Assembly (NCBI GenBank): GCA_964016885.1
Contig: OZ024741.1
Location: forward strand, 82,274,001 to 82,338,000
Origin: Eledone cirrhosa
Lineage: Eukaryota
Length of the DNA stretch: 64,000 nucleotides
Direction: 5' to 3'
Made by a program: the position numbers and the translations under genes. The notes beneath the pieces were generated by a model that saw only the letters and a list, made by a program, of their open reading frames with translations, searched no databases and was not told the origin of the DNA. How positions within the stretch are numbered: position 1 is the stretch's first letter; every line of letters starts with the position of its first letter. Positions 42,765 to 56,677 of this stretch are shown here, piece by piece.

Positions 42765-44500
42765 TATTTATTAAAATAACAGATTAATGTTTAAGCAAAG
42801 AATCATAGAGTAAAATTCTATTTAGGAAAACGAATGATTCTCGGCTTCAGAGTTAAGAATAATGTAAATAAATTACAGAGGTTATTGAAATCAACAATAA
42901 TTAAATGTATACATGCACGCATCCATATCCGTACATACAAACGCAAAACTCAGTATACATAACCATATACACATGTACCAGTAAATATAATATAATATAT
43001 ACGCCTATAGCAAATAAAAGCAAATATGCGTACGAGAAAGTATACGTACCTTCACAAAACATAAAGTAATATATACTTACCTATACAAATAAATAATTGT
43101 ATAAACATAAAATATACTTAGCTACAACACCAATACGTAAATTATCCGCGTATAGTTCATACTATTCGTTAGGGTATAATGTGGGACTGTAATACAGGAA
43201 AGTTTTGTGCAATTTATGTTTACAAGCCGAAATTGCCTCATATCTTTTCATTAAGATGTGGTCATTGGCGTAGAGTAGTCCCAGGGCTTCAGCGGCGCAG
43301 ATGTCACATGGTCTTTTATTTCCGTTATACGATCTAGCCTGAGCTAGGATCTCCCAGTGTAACCTATATTGGATGTGGTTGTATTTTAGACTCCAGATAT
43401 ATGCTGAAAGCGACGTCATATTCCTTCCTAAAGGGTGCAGAAAAGAATGACTATGCATGTAAAGACGCTGCTTGAATCTATTGACAGTTAACCCTATGTA
43501 GCCCCTACGGGACGTGGGTATTTCAACCTTACATTTGTAGACAATGTTACTAGCGAGGCATTTCCCGGATAGGGTGCAGTCAACCCAATTCCTATAATTA
43601 TAGTTAGTACTAGCTACAAGGTTGCACGTGTTCCTACGGCTAGGTAATTTAGCTAAATTTGAAGCAGTGATGTTATGTGCAAGGTTAGGAGTCGTAGAGT
43701 AAGAAATGTCAATTTCTATTAAAAATGTTATTATATTTATGTGCCGGGGGAAAATGCTTCATAATAAGGGAGAGAAAGATCTTAGCTAATGGTATGGCCA
43801 CCTCCATATTATATGGTGGGTTATACCATATAATGCGTCGGGATCTATTTTTCCTAGGTCTATGCTCATACTCGTTATACGCTACCTTATCGACAAATCC
43901 ACTACGAGCACGAGCTTCATTGTAATATGTGGAATGGTCGTAGATAGACGGGAAATCCCCAAAGAAACGTTTCTTACCAGGTTCTTGGTTATGCTGGCAG
44001 CATGGTTAGAATGCTTACTTATGTAATTAAGCGTATCATTCGGCTTTCTATACGTGTAGTGCAAGCCATTCGACAAATTGAGGGTAACCTCGAGGTAATT
44101 AACGACCGAGAGGTTGGCCTCAACCTGTATGGAGAGGTTTAAAGAAGGATGTGAATTCTTTTCTGAACCTGTCGCAACCACGTGGGCCGCACTTTGTCTT
44201 GGTCAAAAGACCATCATCACGGTACAAACCACCGCCCACGTTGGGGAATTCTTCCTTGATAGAGAAAAGAAGGAAAAGGCCGATAAGATCAGTAACCTTC
44301 GCAGAATCGCTGGCGCATATTCTCAAGTCGAATGGGGTACTATTAGATTTTTTAATCCAAATAGAGTCGTCGAAATTAATCACCGACTTAACTTCGAAAT
44401 CCTTAACCACGGTGAGCGTTGTAGCAAAATTGATAGCTCTAAGAAGAATTGGTAAAATGATTGGGGAGTAGTAATTATTCATGTCGAATTTGATAAAACG
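42765..44500 (-). mobile_element. Degenerate Neptune-type PLE, left arm
   Basis: FDLRICASDSAKVTDLIG..LYRDDGL, YLEVTLNLSNG..YRKPN, WEIL..CDICAAE..CKHK. Confidence 0.88.
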
Positions 44501-46050
44501 GCAATGTTCCTTGTTGCATATGCCGTATGGGCGCCAGCGAATCTGCGGAGGTTACTGATCTTATCAGCCGTTTCCTTCTTTTCTCTATTAACCGCCGATA
44601 GATTCCACCAGCGTCTTTACATGCATACCCATTCTTTTCTTCACCCTTTAAGAATGAATATAACGTCACTTTCAGCATATATCTGGAGTCTAAAAGACAA
44701 CAACACCCAATATAGGTTACACTGGGAGATCCTAGCTCCGGCTAGATCGTATAACGGAAATACAAGACCATGTAACCACTGCGCCGCTGAAGCCCTGGGA
44801 CTACTCTACGCCAATGACCACATCTTAAACAAAAAATCTGAGGCAATTTCGGCTTGTAAACATAAATTTCACAAAACTTTCCTGTATTACAACCCCACAT
44901 TATACCGTAACGGATAGTACTAACTATACGCGGATAATTTACCTCTTGATGTGGTAGCTAAGTATGTTTTATGTTTAAACCATTACTTATTTGTATAGGT
45001 AAGTGTAATTATATATTACCTGTATGTTTTGTGAAGGTACGTATACTTTCTCGTACGTATATTTGCTCGTATTTATTATAGGCGTATATATTATGTTATA
45101 TATACTGGTACATGTGTATACGTGAGTTTAGCCTTTGTGTGTGTATGCCGGTTTAGACATATGCAGGGTGTATCTATATATGTACTTTGTGTTTTTATTG
45201 ACGTGTGTTTACATGTAGGTATGTGTGTGCGCGCGTTATATACGTAATTATGTGCGTATATTTATATACGTTTACACACATATATATATATATTTGTTAT
45301 ACATTTTTATGTGTATTCGGTGTATACGTTCGTATGTGTGCGGGTACAGGCGTTGTGTCGATTTTTGTATGTATGTGCCTGTTTTTGTGTACATGCTTGT
45401 ATTTGCACACACATGGCGGGTGTTTTCGGGTATACATGTGTATGTACTTATATGGATGCGTGCATGTATATATTTAATTATTGTTGATTATAATAACCTC
45501 TGTAATTTATTTACATTATTCTTAACTCTGAAGTCGAGAATCATTCGGTTTGTAAATAGAATTTTACTCTAGGACTTCATTTATACCATAAACGTGGTTT
45601 TGTCTTTGCGTGTAATTGTTCTCCCCGCTCCTCATAATGACATATTATCTACGTTTTTTCTGTTCATTGTCAGGGAACGGCTCCACGAAACACCTAAATA
45701 GAATATTAGTCTTCAACTCCATTAATACAATAAACGTGGCTTTGTCTTTGCGTGTAATTGTTCTCACCGGTCCAAATAATGACGAATTATCTTCGTTTTT
45801 TTTTCGTTTTTTGCCAGGGAACGTCTCCACGAACCAAAGTATAGTATTCCTGTCATTTGTTGGTTGCGACATTTTTCGAAATATTTACTTATGTGTTCAC
45901 AGCTTGAGTTTTACTTAGTTTAGGGTGAAAGCAGCGATTCTTCGCTTAAACTTTAATCTGCTATTTTAATAAATATTTGCTCTACGGTTCTTATATATTT
46001 GATATATATTTATCCTTATAGAGCCCTCTTTGGATTTTAGTCTTCAGAAT
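44501..46050 (+). mobile_element. Inverted, internally deleted right arm of the same PLE with long 3' UTR
   Basis: ORF 44504-44917 ends as in 43162-43458; the UTR is the reverse complement of 42770-43160; 140-bp direct repeat at 45591 and 45731. Confidence 0.85.
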
Positions 46051-46117
46051 TATTATTATTACTATTATTATTATTATTTTAATTATTATTATATTATTAT
46101 TATTATTATTATTGTTA

Positions 46118-48138
46118 ATGTTATTCCTTGAATCTCAGTCATTGATGTTGGTTAACTGGAAAGTCCGTTGGATTGAATATCAAGCCACTACCTGCAGCCT
46201 CAGATATTCAGGACGTATCGGAGGGTTCTTGCTGTTCCAAGCAAGCATGCCTTTTGAAGCGTTCCAAAAAGCGTGAAGGGGCCGATTTTCTTTAACCATC
46301 CCTGGAGACCTTTGGAGATAGTCCCCAGTGCGCCTATGACAATCGGGATCACTTTGACTTCATGGCAGTTCCAAATCCTTTTCACCTCCCACTTTAGGTC
46401 CTGGTATCGGTTAATTTTCTCCCTCTCCTTCTCTTGCACTCTCGTGTCGAACGGGCAGGCCACATCCACAATCAGGCACGATCTTTTTTCTTTGTCCACA
46501 ACCACCAGGTCAGGTCTATTGTGTTCCAGTTTTTTGTCCGTCTGTATCCTAAAATCCCACAGCACCTTCACCTGACTGTTCTCCATCACCGCCTCTGGCC
46601 TATGCTCATACCATTTCTCAGAATGTGGTAGATTGTTTACTTTGCACAGGTGCCAGTGGATCACCCTGCCCATCACATCGTGTCTCCAGCCCTTATAGTG
46701 GGTCTGGGCTAGGTGTTTACACTCGGACACAATGTGAGCCACAATCTCCTCTCTCTCTCCACAGATCCTGCACAGTGGGCTAGCCTCCTCCTTGTAGATA
46801 TGGTGCTTCAACCACTTCGTTTTGAGGGCCTGCTCCTGCGCAGCCATTAGCATTCCTTCTGTAGCCTTTTTGAGGTCTCCTCTTCTCAACCAGTTCCATG
46901 TCTGTGGATCTCTAAATTCAGTTTTCTCAAAGAAGGTACTATGAAGGGATTTTCCCTTAAGGCTGCTCTTCCTCCTTGATGTTATTTCCTCCTTGGATAT
47001 CCCCTGGCCTACTGTCCCCTCCTTGAGTACAGCTCTGAGCATTGGCTCCTTACTATAGGTCACGTATTTGTATAGGTTGTTTTTCTCCATCTGAACACAG
47101 TCCTCTATGCTGATAAGACCTCTTCCACCCTCAGATCTCCTTAGGTAGAGTCTATCGACATCACTCCTCTTGTGGAACATGTTGTAGATAGTCAATATCT
47201 TCCTAGTCTTCCTATCCATTTCTTTTTGTTCAGCAACATTCCATCTCAGAATTCCCGCACTGTACCTAATAATAGACACAGCTCGGGAATTTACTGCGCT
47301 TATGGCATTTCTGCTGTTCAGATGTGACTTCAATACGCTCCTTACTCTCCGAATATATTCAGTTCTTAACAATTCCTTCATTTTTTTGTTCTTTATGCCA
47401 TCAGCCTCCAGAACGACCAAATACTTGTATCCTTCCTCAGAGTCAATTTCCTTTATCATCTCACCTGTTGGTATCTGGATCCCGTTACTTCTGCTCAACC
47501 TACCCCTCTTCATGACAATGACTCCACATTTACCAATACCAAACTGCATACATATATCACTGCTGAAAATACGGACAGTGTCAACAAGCACATCCAACTC
47601 CTTCTCACTTTTCCCGAAGAGCTTAAGATCGTCCATGAAGAGGAGGTGATTGATGGTAAGCTCTCCCCTTCCCAACTTGTATCCTGCTCTCACTTTTCGC
47701 AGCATAATGGTCAAGGGCATCAGGGCAAGGAGAAACAACAGAGGGGACAGGCTATCTCCCTGGAAGAAACCTCTCTTGATCTTCACGCTTCCCAAGGATA
47801 CTCCAGTTGATGTCAACTCTGTCTCCCAGGACCCCATACTCCTGTCCAGCAACTGTCTGATGTTATCTGCCACCCTGAAGATCTCCAGGCTTTTGGTGAT
47901 CCAGGAATGAGGCACCATGTCAAATGCCTTTATGTAGTCTATCCATCCCATTGCAAGATCAGTGTGTCTCCTCCTGCAATTCCCCATTACCATCTTATCA
48001 ATAAGCAACTGGTCCTTTGTACCACGTGACTTCTTTCGGCATCCTTTCTGTTCGTCCGGTAACAAGTTGTTTGTGTGGAGGTGATGGTAGATTTCCTCAG
48101 ACACAATGCTCGTCAACAGTTTCCACATTACGGGCAGA

Positions 48139-48140
<2 letters not shown>
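46118..48140 (-). mobile_element. R4/Dong-clade non-LTR retrotransposon, 5'-truncated, in (TAA)n
   Basis: (TAA)n on both sides; short 3' UTR; RT-RLE ORF. Confidence 0.92.
46200..48128 (-). CDS. Reverse transcriptase + CCHC knuckle + restriction-like endonuclease (partial, 642 aa open)
   Basis: [69 protein letters not shown]. Confidence 0.93.
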   Translation of the reverse strand: MWKLLTSIVSEEIYHHLHTNNLLPDEQKGCRKKSRGTKDQLLIDKMVMGNCRRRHTDLAMGWIDYIKAFDMVPHSWITKSLEIFRVADNIRQLLDRSMGSWETELTSTGVSLGSVKIKRGFFQGDSLSPLLFLLALMPLTIMLRKVRAGYKLGRGELTINHLLFMDDLKLFGKSEKELDVLVDTVRIFSSDICMQFGIGKCGVIVMKRGRLSRSNGIQIPTGEMIKEIDSEEGYKYLVVLEADGIKNKKMKELLRTEYIRRVRSVLKSHLNSRNAISAVNSRAVSIIRYSAGILRWNVAEQKEMDRKTRKILTIYNMFHKRSDVDRLYLRRSEGGRGLISIEDCVQMEKNNLYKYVTYSKEPMLRAVLKEGTVGQGISKEEITSRRKSSLKGKSLHSTFFEKTEFRDPQTWNWLRRGDLKKATEGMLMAAQEQALKTKWLKHHIYKEEASPLCRICGEREEIVAHIVSECKHLAQTHYKGWRHDVMGRVIHWHLCKVNNLPHSEKWYEHRPEAVMENSQVKVLWDFRIQTDKKLEHNRPDLVVVDKEKRSCLIVDVACPFDTRVQEKEREKINRYQDLKWEVKRIWNCHEVKVIPIVIGALGTISKGLQGWLKKIGPFTLFGTLQKACLLGTARTLRYVLNI

Positions 48141-48190
<50 letters not shown>

Positions 48191-48517
48191 GAATGCCATG
48201 GTTGACGGAGGCTCGGTTCTGTAAGGTATTGTAAATTTTAACCGGTATAACAATTGTAAATTGTTTAAAACTTTAACCAAATTGTAGACAATAACACCCT
48301 CCTCCTCGTGAGAGGGTCTTTCTGCCCGTTATTTGGCCCTTCGGGGTTAAATAACCGCTTATTGGGGTGTTGTGCCCAATATTTATTTTAAACAAAAAAA
48401 AAACATGGCTACGAAAAAGAATTTTCATAGGTCACTCCCACTCATTCCGTCTTCTTCTTCCTCAATCGTCACTACAGCAGAGAGAAGATTGTCTCTCTCT
48501 CCCTCCCTTCTCTAAAT

Positions 48518-50472
48518 GTGTCTCTCTCCCTCCCTTCTCTAAATGTGTCTCTCTCCCTCCCTTCTCTTTCGCAAGCGACGCCAGTAAAGAAAAATCCCGT
48601 GCAAAGCATGGAAAATTTCTCCACGACGACGACAACGACGAAAGAGGTGTGCGGTAAATACGAAAACCCATTTCATTCGTCTGATTTCATGAATAATAGC
48701 AGTAGCAGCCGTAATAACAGCAGAAGCAGCAATAGTGACAAGGAAAACAACAGTAGCAGCCGAAACAGCATCAGCAGCAGCATAAACAACAACAGCATTA
48801 GCAGCAACAGCAACAACAACAGTAGCAGCAGCAGCAACAACGACAACAACCACGGCAACAGCGGCAGCGGCAGTAGTCGTAGTACCTGCAGCAGCAACAA
48901 AAGTAACAGCAGCTCTGACGACAGCAACAACAACATCAACAGCAGCAAAGAAAAACCAATCTCGTTTGCAGGTATCGCAATGAACCTGGAAACCATCCTC
49001 ATAACAAATGAGGAATTACAGGAAGCGAAGAAGATGGTGACGAAAACCGGACACCGAGCAATCTGCAAGGCAGCCGAAACATTTTTCGAAACCCAACAGC
49101 ACTGTACGGTCACGTACCGTACAGTAAGCACAAAATCCCGTAGGGTTGAAAGAGCCACAGACGCTCAAATACAAAAAGCCTTAGTGTCTGCGTGGCAGCG
49201 TAAAACGCATATCACCCGAGACAAGAAATATTCCAATCCTTAGTGACCCTAAGGAGCGAGGAAATGGTGTTGGTGCCCTCCTACTGCGGGCAAAAAATTG
49301 TGAGGGTCAAACTGATCCACGTCACCCCCGGGATGGCCCTTCTTGGCTGGCCGCGTCTGTCCTCGTCGGAATCGAGGACAAAACAACTGTACTGCAAGTA
49401 CAGAAAAGAGTAAGAGAAGATTGGGTCGTCACCGCCATTGAGATGTTAATCCAAACCAACCAGGAGTGCATCGTAGCTATCACGGATGTGATAGACTTCG
49501 ATAACGGCACTCAAATGCCCATAAGTTTTGAGAGCAAACGCCCGAAATGCCTCTCGCTGTGGATCGAAGACTCACCTCAGGGCCTTCTGCAACGAAAAGA
49601 CCCTGAGAAAGAAGAAAGCCCCATCCGTGACACCTATACCCACGCCACGGAAATCAAGAACAGCAGCAGCAGTGCAAGTATTAACAACAACAACAGTAAT
49701 ACCAACTGCAGCTCCAACAGAGACTCCACTGCAAACATCACCAACAACAACAAGTGAAAGAGTGGAGCTGGTACCCCTCCCCGACCTCACAGAATCAGAC
49801 ATGGAGTGTGAGGTGGGAGACGGATGGCAAACGGTCGCAAGAAGGCACAAACTCAGAAGCAGCGCATCGTCGCCTGCGAAAATGGAGGAAAGAAATGAAA
49901 AAAGGGTAAAGGCTACTGCAAAGAGACTCACGTCAGCAACACCACCAACACCATCACCACCCACACTAGCACCACCATCACCACCGGCGACAACCCCACC
50001 GCCAACAACAACAACACCTTCAACACCACCACCACAAGCACCAACATCGCAAACACAACAACAAAACACACACACCTAGCAACAACGACAAGACAATAGC
50101 AGAACCACCCCCCACCCCCAGAAAAACAAATGCACGGCAATAAATACGCACAACAAGAAACTAATGACTTACATAATTGAACACACAGACATTTTACAGC
50201 ACGACTACATAATACCAGCACCAATCAAAACGCCATCTAACATACGACTGCTAAAAATAGCACAGAAACAATACACAAACATTAAAACGAAATTCCCCAA
50301 CGCAGTTGGTAATTTCAGAGACCTAGGAGGGACACTCAACCGAAGAGTATATTCGGACATACTCATAGAAGAGCCGACGACCAGCGGAAGGGACGATTCA
50401 ACGGTTTCTTCACCAGATGATCAAGTAAAAAGGGATGGAAAAACCATCCCTCCTCTACGAAAAGTACGGTAA
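48518..50472 (+). pseudogene. Putative ORF1 remnants of the L1/Tx1 element
   Basis: Successive S/N/T/P-rich ORF fragments immediately upstream of the APE domain; no recognised motif. Confidence 0.5.
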
Positions 50473-50507
50473 GTGGTCTTTCCCATCTTTTCCACTCTAT
50501 TTTAAAC

Positions 50508-53500
50508 ATGACCTCACTCAGAATAGGCAGCATAAATGCGCGTGGCTTGGGGTCGTCATGGAAGCAGGGTCACCTGCTCAACGACCTCAGGTCACTAAAC
50601 ATAGATGTAGTGACCATCAGCGAGACAAGAATCTCCGAAGCACGGGCCTTCGCACCGATCTTCGGCGGCTACGATGTGTACGCATCTCCCAGCCGTCCTG
50701 GATCGGGGGGAGGAGTTGCTGTGCTTTTTCGGAGAGGTTTGGATCTCGCCATACGGGCCATCATCCTGGACCCAGAGGGTAAGTTGGTGGTGCTGGATGT
50801 GACCAGCGGAGACGGGCAAGCTATCAGGCTAGTGGCCGTCTATGCCCCGACAGGAGAAGGGCGGCCTGATTTCTTCCGGCGTCTGGAGACCTTTCTTGGA
50901 ACGTCCCGCTCTTTAGTGTTAGTGGGCGACTGGAACGGGATCTTAGATGCACGCTGGGACATTGTGGGATGAGCGGATAGGGCTGGAGGGTGCAAGAGCC
51001 TCACCAACCTGCTCAGGCGTTGTGAACTGTCTGACAGGTACCGATTGGATTTCCCGAATGTGCCAATGGGGACTTGAACAAATCGCATAGGGTCATCCAG
51101 ATCATATCTAGATAGAGTATTTTGTAGGGAAATAGATAGGTCTAGCATAGGCTGTCCACAATTCATGATAGTCAGCTACACGGACCACAAATTCGTGATC
51201 TGTGTGCTTGACTTAGATAGGCTTCATAGACGAGGACCCGGCTACTGGAAGCTAAACAATTCCTTACCAGCGCGCAAGGCCAAACAGAGACCGGATTAGC
51301 GAACTAGTTAAGCGGGCGTTGACGGGGGCCATCGTCAACAACAAGTGGTGGTTTGCTCTGAAAAGAGATATTAGAATAGAATCCATTAGGTTTAGTAAGG
51401 CTTTAGCAATAGAGAAAAATAGAGCAGAGGGAGAACTAGTTAGAAAATTAGACGAGGCGCTTAGCAAAGGCATTGCGACCGACGTGCTTGCGGCGAAATT
51501 GGCCCTTGACCAATTCTTCAATGCAAAGCACGAAGGCTGCGCTGTCAGAGCTAAGGTGCGTGCTCTCAGACACGAGGGGACGAAATCCGTTCAATGGGCC
51601 CGAGTGCGAAGGCGCGTCGTGGCAACAAATCCACGATCTGGTCTTTGGTGGACCACGACGGGCGCATTCTACTCGATCCCGGGCAAATGTGTGAAGCTTT
51701 TCAGCGACACTTCACTCAGCTGTTCGGGGGCAGCGGTGGGCCGGGTCGAGGGATGGACTTTAGTGTCTACCTCGACTAACTGCCGCGGCTCTCGGCCACT
51801 GAGGCGGAGTGTTGCGAAAAGCCGATAACAGCCGCTGAAGTACGCGAGGCAATGAGTGGCTGCACAAGGGATAAATCGCCTGGTTTGGATGGTCTGCCCT
51901 ATGAACTTTACGTACAGATGCCAGACTTGTTCGGAGGCCTCCTGGCGGACGTCTGCTGCAACTGGCAACAGAACGGGAGAATTCCCGGCTCTGTGAGCCG
52001 AGGAGCGGTGGCACAGCTGAGAAAGGATCCGAACAAGGGGGATAACATAGATAATTTCAGGCCCATAACTCTGCTAAACACAGAGTTCAATATTTTGGCC
52101 AAGGGGCTAGCAAAGAGGTTGGTGCTTGTCGTTGGTGGTCTGGTGGGAGAGGTGCAGACATGCGCCATTCCCGACAGATCCATCCACGACAACCTCCACC
52201 TCATGCGATACATCGTAGAGAGGGTAGCTAGGGAACTGGCACGGGTGGGTCTTTGATCAATTTAGATCAGTCGAAAGCTTTCGATAGGGTCGACCATCGT
52301 TACCTAGCGGCAGTCTTGAGGGCGTCTGGCTTTGGGCCCGTCTTCAGAGGCTGGATCGCTGCCATGCAGAGCAACATCTGCTCTGTGGTGAGAGTGAACC
52401 GTCACCTTTCAGAACCGTTCAACATCATGCGCTCGGTCCGCCAAGGATGTCCCCTCTCGTCCCTCTTGTACGTATTGACTCTCGAGCCATTACTGCACAA
52501 ACTGGAGACGTTGAGGGGCGTCCCTCCCGAACTAGGATGCGGAAGATCCGTGTCAGCATATGCGGACGATGTCACCGTAGTGGTGTCGAACGCCAAACAC
52601 ATCGAGGCGATCGGCACTACACTAAGATAATACGAAGCGGTGACAGGAGCAATGATCAACCAGGAAAAGTCAGTGGGCCTGCAGCACGGCACCTGGCGAG
52701 GCAGGTCCATGCCGTCCAACAGCGTCGTCAGACGTTGGACGGACGGACCGGTTAAATTGCTAGGGGTCTGGTTCGGTCCGTACCTCCAGACGGACAAAAA
52801 CTGGGACGAGCTGACGAGCAGGGTGGCTTCTCTCACCCAGAAAAGGGCCGAGAGGAAGCTATCCCTGAATGGTCGAGCGGAGGTGGCTAATGCGTACATC
52901 GCGTTTGTCATCTGCTACCGCCTGACCGTCGTACCTTGTTCTAAGCCCCGCCTGACTGCGCTGGAGCATTTGCTCTTTCGCTTTTTGTGGAAAGGACGCG
53001 CTCCGATGATCAGGCGTGGTCGCCGTTTGCTAGACACGTATTTCCCCAGATCGTTTCCTTGACGGAGCTGCAGTCCTGGGTCAAGCGAAGACCGAGAGGG
53101 AGCGCCTGGAGACTGGAATGTCTTCAGGCGCTCACAGCCCTCGACCAATCGAGCAATGTGATCGGTGGAAACTCCACCTCGGCGTTCTATAGAGGAGTAG
53201 TGGAGGGGAAGAGCGACGATGTACTTGGGGAAACTCTAGGTGTCGACGAAAATCAACTAGCCAATCTCTCCGGAAGAACTTTCGGGCCGGGACCTATGGA
53301 CAATTTCCAGATATCTCTGGCCTGGCAGAGCTACCGAGGAGCCTTGCCAGTTCGGGATAAACTCTACATGCATGGAGGTGCCGTCAGCCGGGCATGTCCG
53401 AGATACGCGCAGGGCGACGAAACCGTCCTGCACTCAATCGTCCAGTGTCCGAAAATTGCTGACTTGTGGGTTTATGTCGAACACCTGCTGTCGCGTGAAG

Positions 53501-53810
53501 GACGGATCCGGCTATCATCTGAGTTAATCGTGAGGATTGCCCCGCCCTCTTCCTTTAGCCGCGAAAGGCAGGCAGTTTTTATCTGTCTGGTGGCCATGGC
53601 GAAAGAGATAGTATGGTGGACACGTTTGAAATGGCTGAAGACGAGCACTTACCTCTTCGGTGATGCGCTGATTGACTCTTTCAAATTTCATTTGAAAAGG
53701 AAAATCAGAGTAGAGAGGAAGTGCTCTCTTCCCAGCATTTTGTTGAAAGATGGGTGAGAGAAGCAAGAATGGCCCGAGTGAATGGGCCTACTCTGAGTAC
53801 GTATCTGTAA
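50508..53810 (+). pseudogene. ORF2: APE endonuclease + RT + zf-RVT, several stops/frameshifts
   Basis: SINARGL, ISET, VYAP, GDWN, YTDH (APE); KSPGLDG, FRPITLLN, LDQSKAFDRVDH, RQGCPLS, YADD (RT); LPVRDKL..CPR..ETVLH..CP. Confidence 0.93.
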
Positions 53811-54054
53811 ATTAAAGGTGGACAACTGGGAGAGGGCACTTGCCTTGGTGGCCAGGGTCACTGTGGTCTTTTACTGGGCTTTCTCCACAAATGTCCCTCG
53901 GAAGTTTCCCCCTATTGGGGAATCTTTCTTTGATATTTTATTACATCCTCTGTTTTTTTTTTACACGCAGAAATGCCCATTTGTACCGTCCTGTATTGTC
54001 CTGTACTGTCCTTAATGTCTACTTTATGTAAACCCTTGTGGTTAATAAAGAAAG

Positions 54055-54106
<52 letters not shown>

Positions 54107-54107
<1 letters not shown>

Positions 54108-54342
54108 TTTGAGTCTCAGTCATTGATGTTAGTTAACCGGAAAGTTTGTTGGAATGAATATCAAGCCACTACCTTCAGCCTCAGATATTCAGAACGTATC
54201 GGAGGGTTCTTGCTGTTCCCAGCAAGCATGTCTTTTGAAGTGTTCCAAAAAGAGGGGCGGGTCCAATTTTCTTTAGCCATCCCTGGAAACCTTTTGAGAT
54301 AGTACCTAGTGCGCCTATGACAATCATAGGCGCCTATGACTT
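54107..54342 (-). mobile_element. 3' fragment of the same Dong-like LINE family as 46118
   Basis: Matches 46126-46345 (tctcagtcattgatgtt...gcgcctatgacaatc). Confidence 0.9.
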
Positions 54343-54360
54343 CGCAGATTATTAGATTAT

Positions 54361-54438
<78 letters not shown>

Positions 54439-54514
54439 ATTGGATGCAAATATATATATATATATATAATATATATAATATATAAAATATATATAATATA
54501 TATATGGCATTGGA

Positions 54515-54553
<39 letters not shown>

Positions 54554-54787
54554 ATTGGTATTGGATGCAAACAGCGTCCTTATACGGTAAGCCCTATGAG
54601 CACTTGATGCCTTCGTAGAGCAGAATTTGATATCCCAGAAAAAAGAGAATCAGTGTTGCGACATATTACAATTGTTTCTTGGGCGACCAGCTCGAGTCAC
54701 AATCGATGTGGTGATCAAACCTGACTCTGAAATTGCGCGGTCCTCGGATATGTCTCGATTCTACGAAGCAGATTTTCATATTGTCCT

Positions 54788-56677
54788 TTGGTTTATATTT
54801 AGTGTAAGTAATTAAGTTAACTGAGTTAATAAGAATATTTATATATTTTAAATGGTTTATATTGCGAAGATACGGAAAAAACAATAAATTTTGTTTGTTT
54901 ATTAGTAAGTATGAGACCATTTTGTCAAAGATATAAATGTTGAAAGATTTATTTAGCCTGAATTAGTTATTGGTTATAAATCTAATAAAAGATATTAAAA
55001 AATGTTATTAAAAAATATTAAAAGTATTAAAAATTCTGGAAAATCTTTTTAAAAATTTCCGAAAATACTAAAAAATATTTTTAAAATCCATAAAAAATGT
55101 TAAAAATTTTTTTATTTTTTTTATTTTTTACTGCTATTTTTATTGTAATTATAATATAATATATATTATTGTAATTATAATATATAATTACAATAAAAAA
55201 AACCTAACTTAAACTCTAAATCTAACAGTAGAAATAGAACTAGAAATATAATTTGGTATTCACCTCCATTCTCATTAAGCGTTAAAACACCTTTAGCTAA
55301 GCTTTTCTTTAAAGCTCTAGATGAATGTTTTCCTAAAGCCCATAGATACCACCCTATCTTTAACAGACATACAAGAAAACTATCTTACTCTACTACAATG
55401 AACTTAGCACAAAATATAAATAGAATCAATAATAGAAATTTAAACCATACCCAAAATAGCAGTAATATCACCGGTCCGAATAACATCAACTCCGCTAAAT
55501 GTAATTGTAGAATTAAATCAAACTGTCCTTTAAAAAATAAGTGCTTAGATAAGGATGTGGTCTATAAATTCACAGTCAAAACCACTGATAATATATTTAA
55601 CCATGTAGGTTCAACTTCTACAGACTTTAAAACTCGTTTTAATAATCACAAATGCTCGTTTAATAATATTGGTAAAAAAATCTTCAACTTCTCTATCAAA
55701 CCTGATATAGAACTTAAAATCCAAAATTATGGACTATTCTTTAACTTGGGAAATAATTTCATAAAGTACCTGCCTACCGAAATACAGCTTTATCTAGGTT
55801 TTGTAAATTGCGTGTTGAGGAAATTTTCTTCATACTTAAATGTAAGAACTCTATTAATACACGTATGAATTTATTTAGTTCTTGTAAACATCGCCTAAAT
55901 TCAACATTTAGACCTATATATAAATTATAATTACACTTATAATATTTCTACTTATTTCCATATATTGTTTGCTATAATTTCACTTCTTATAATTTCACTT
56001 TTTAAATTTACTTAAATTATATACATATATGATCCTAAATTTTTAATTTTAATTTTAATTTTAATTTTAATTTTAATTTTAATTTTAATATTTTTTAAGG
56101 TTTTTTAATTCTTTATTTTTTATTTTTATTTTTTACTTCTTAAATCTTTCATTTTTCATTTTTATTTTTTACTTCTAAAATATTTAATATATTTTAAAAA
56201 TTACGTATTTTTTTAAAATTACTTATATTTTAAAAAATTACTTATTTTTTTCAAAATTACTTTTTTTTTTTTTTAAATCTACTTATCTCTTATAAAATGG
56301 TTTTTAATAATTTAAAAATTTCTTTTAAATAATTTTTTAAAATATTTAAAAAAAATATTTTTTAAAATTATTTATGGATTTAAAATATTTTTTTTAATAT
56401 TTTCGGAAATTTTTAAAAAGATTTTCCAGAATTTTTAACACTTTTAATATTTTTTAATAACATTATTTAATATCTTTTATTAAATTTATAACCAATAACT
56501 AGTTCAGGCTAAATATATCTTTCAACATTTATATCTTTGTCAAAATGGTCTCATACTAACTAATAAACAAACAAAACTGATGGTTTTTTCCGTATCTTCC
56601 CAATTTAAAACATTTAAAATATATAAATATTCTTATTAACTCAGTTAACTTAATTACTTACACTAAATATAAACCAA
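54788..56677 (+). mobile_element. AT-rich Neptune-type PLE fragment between ~310-bp inverted arms (54788-55095 and 56370-56677)
   Basis: IIWYSPPFS..KLSYST, CNCRIKSNCPLKNKCL..VVY..HVGSTSTDFKTRFNNH, CKHR; the arms are reverse complements. Confidence 0.85.

Larger units (their letters stand above)
48191..54055 (+). mobile_element. Near full-length decayed L1/Tx1-clade LINE
   Basis: 5' UTR with 27-bp repeats (48490-48570); broken low-complexity ORF1; APE-RT ORF2; AATAAA near 54044; (ATT)n on both sides. Confidence 0.9.
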
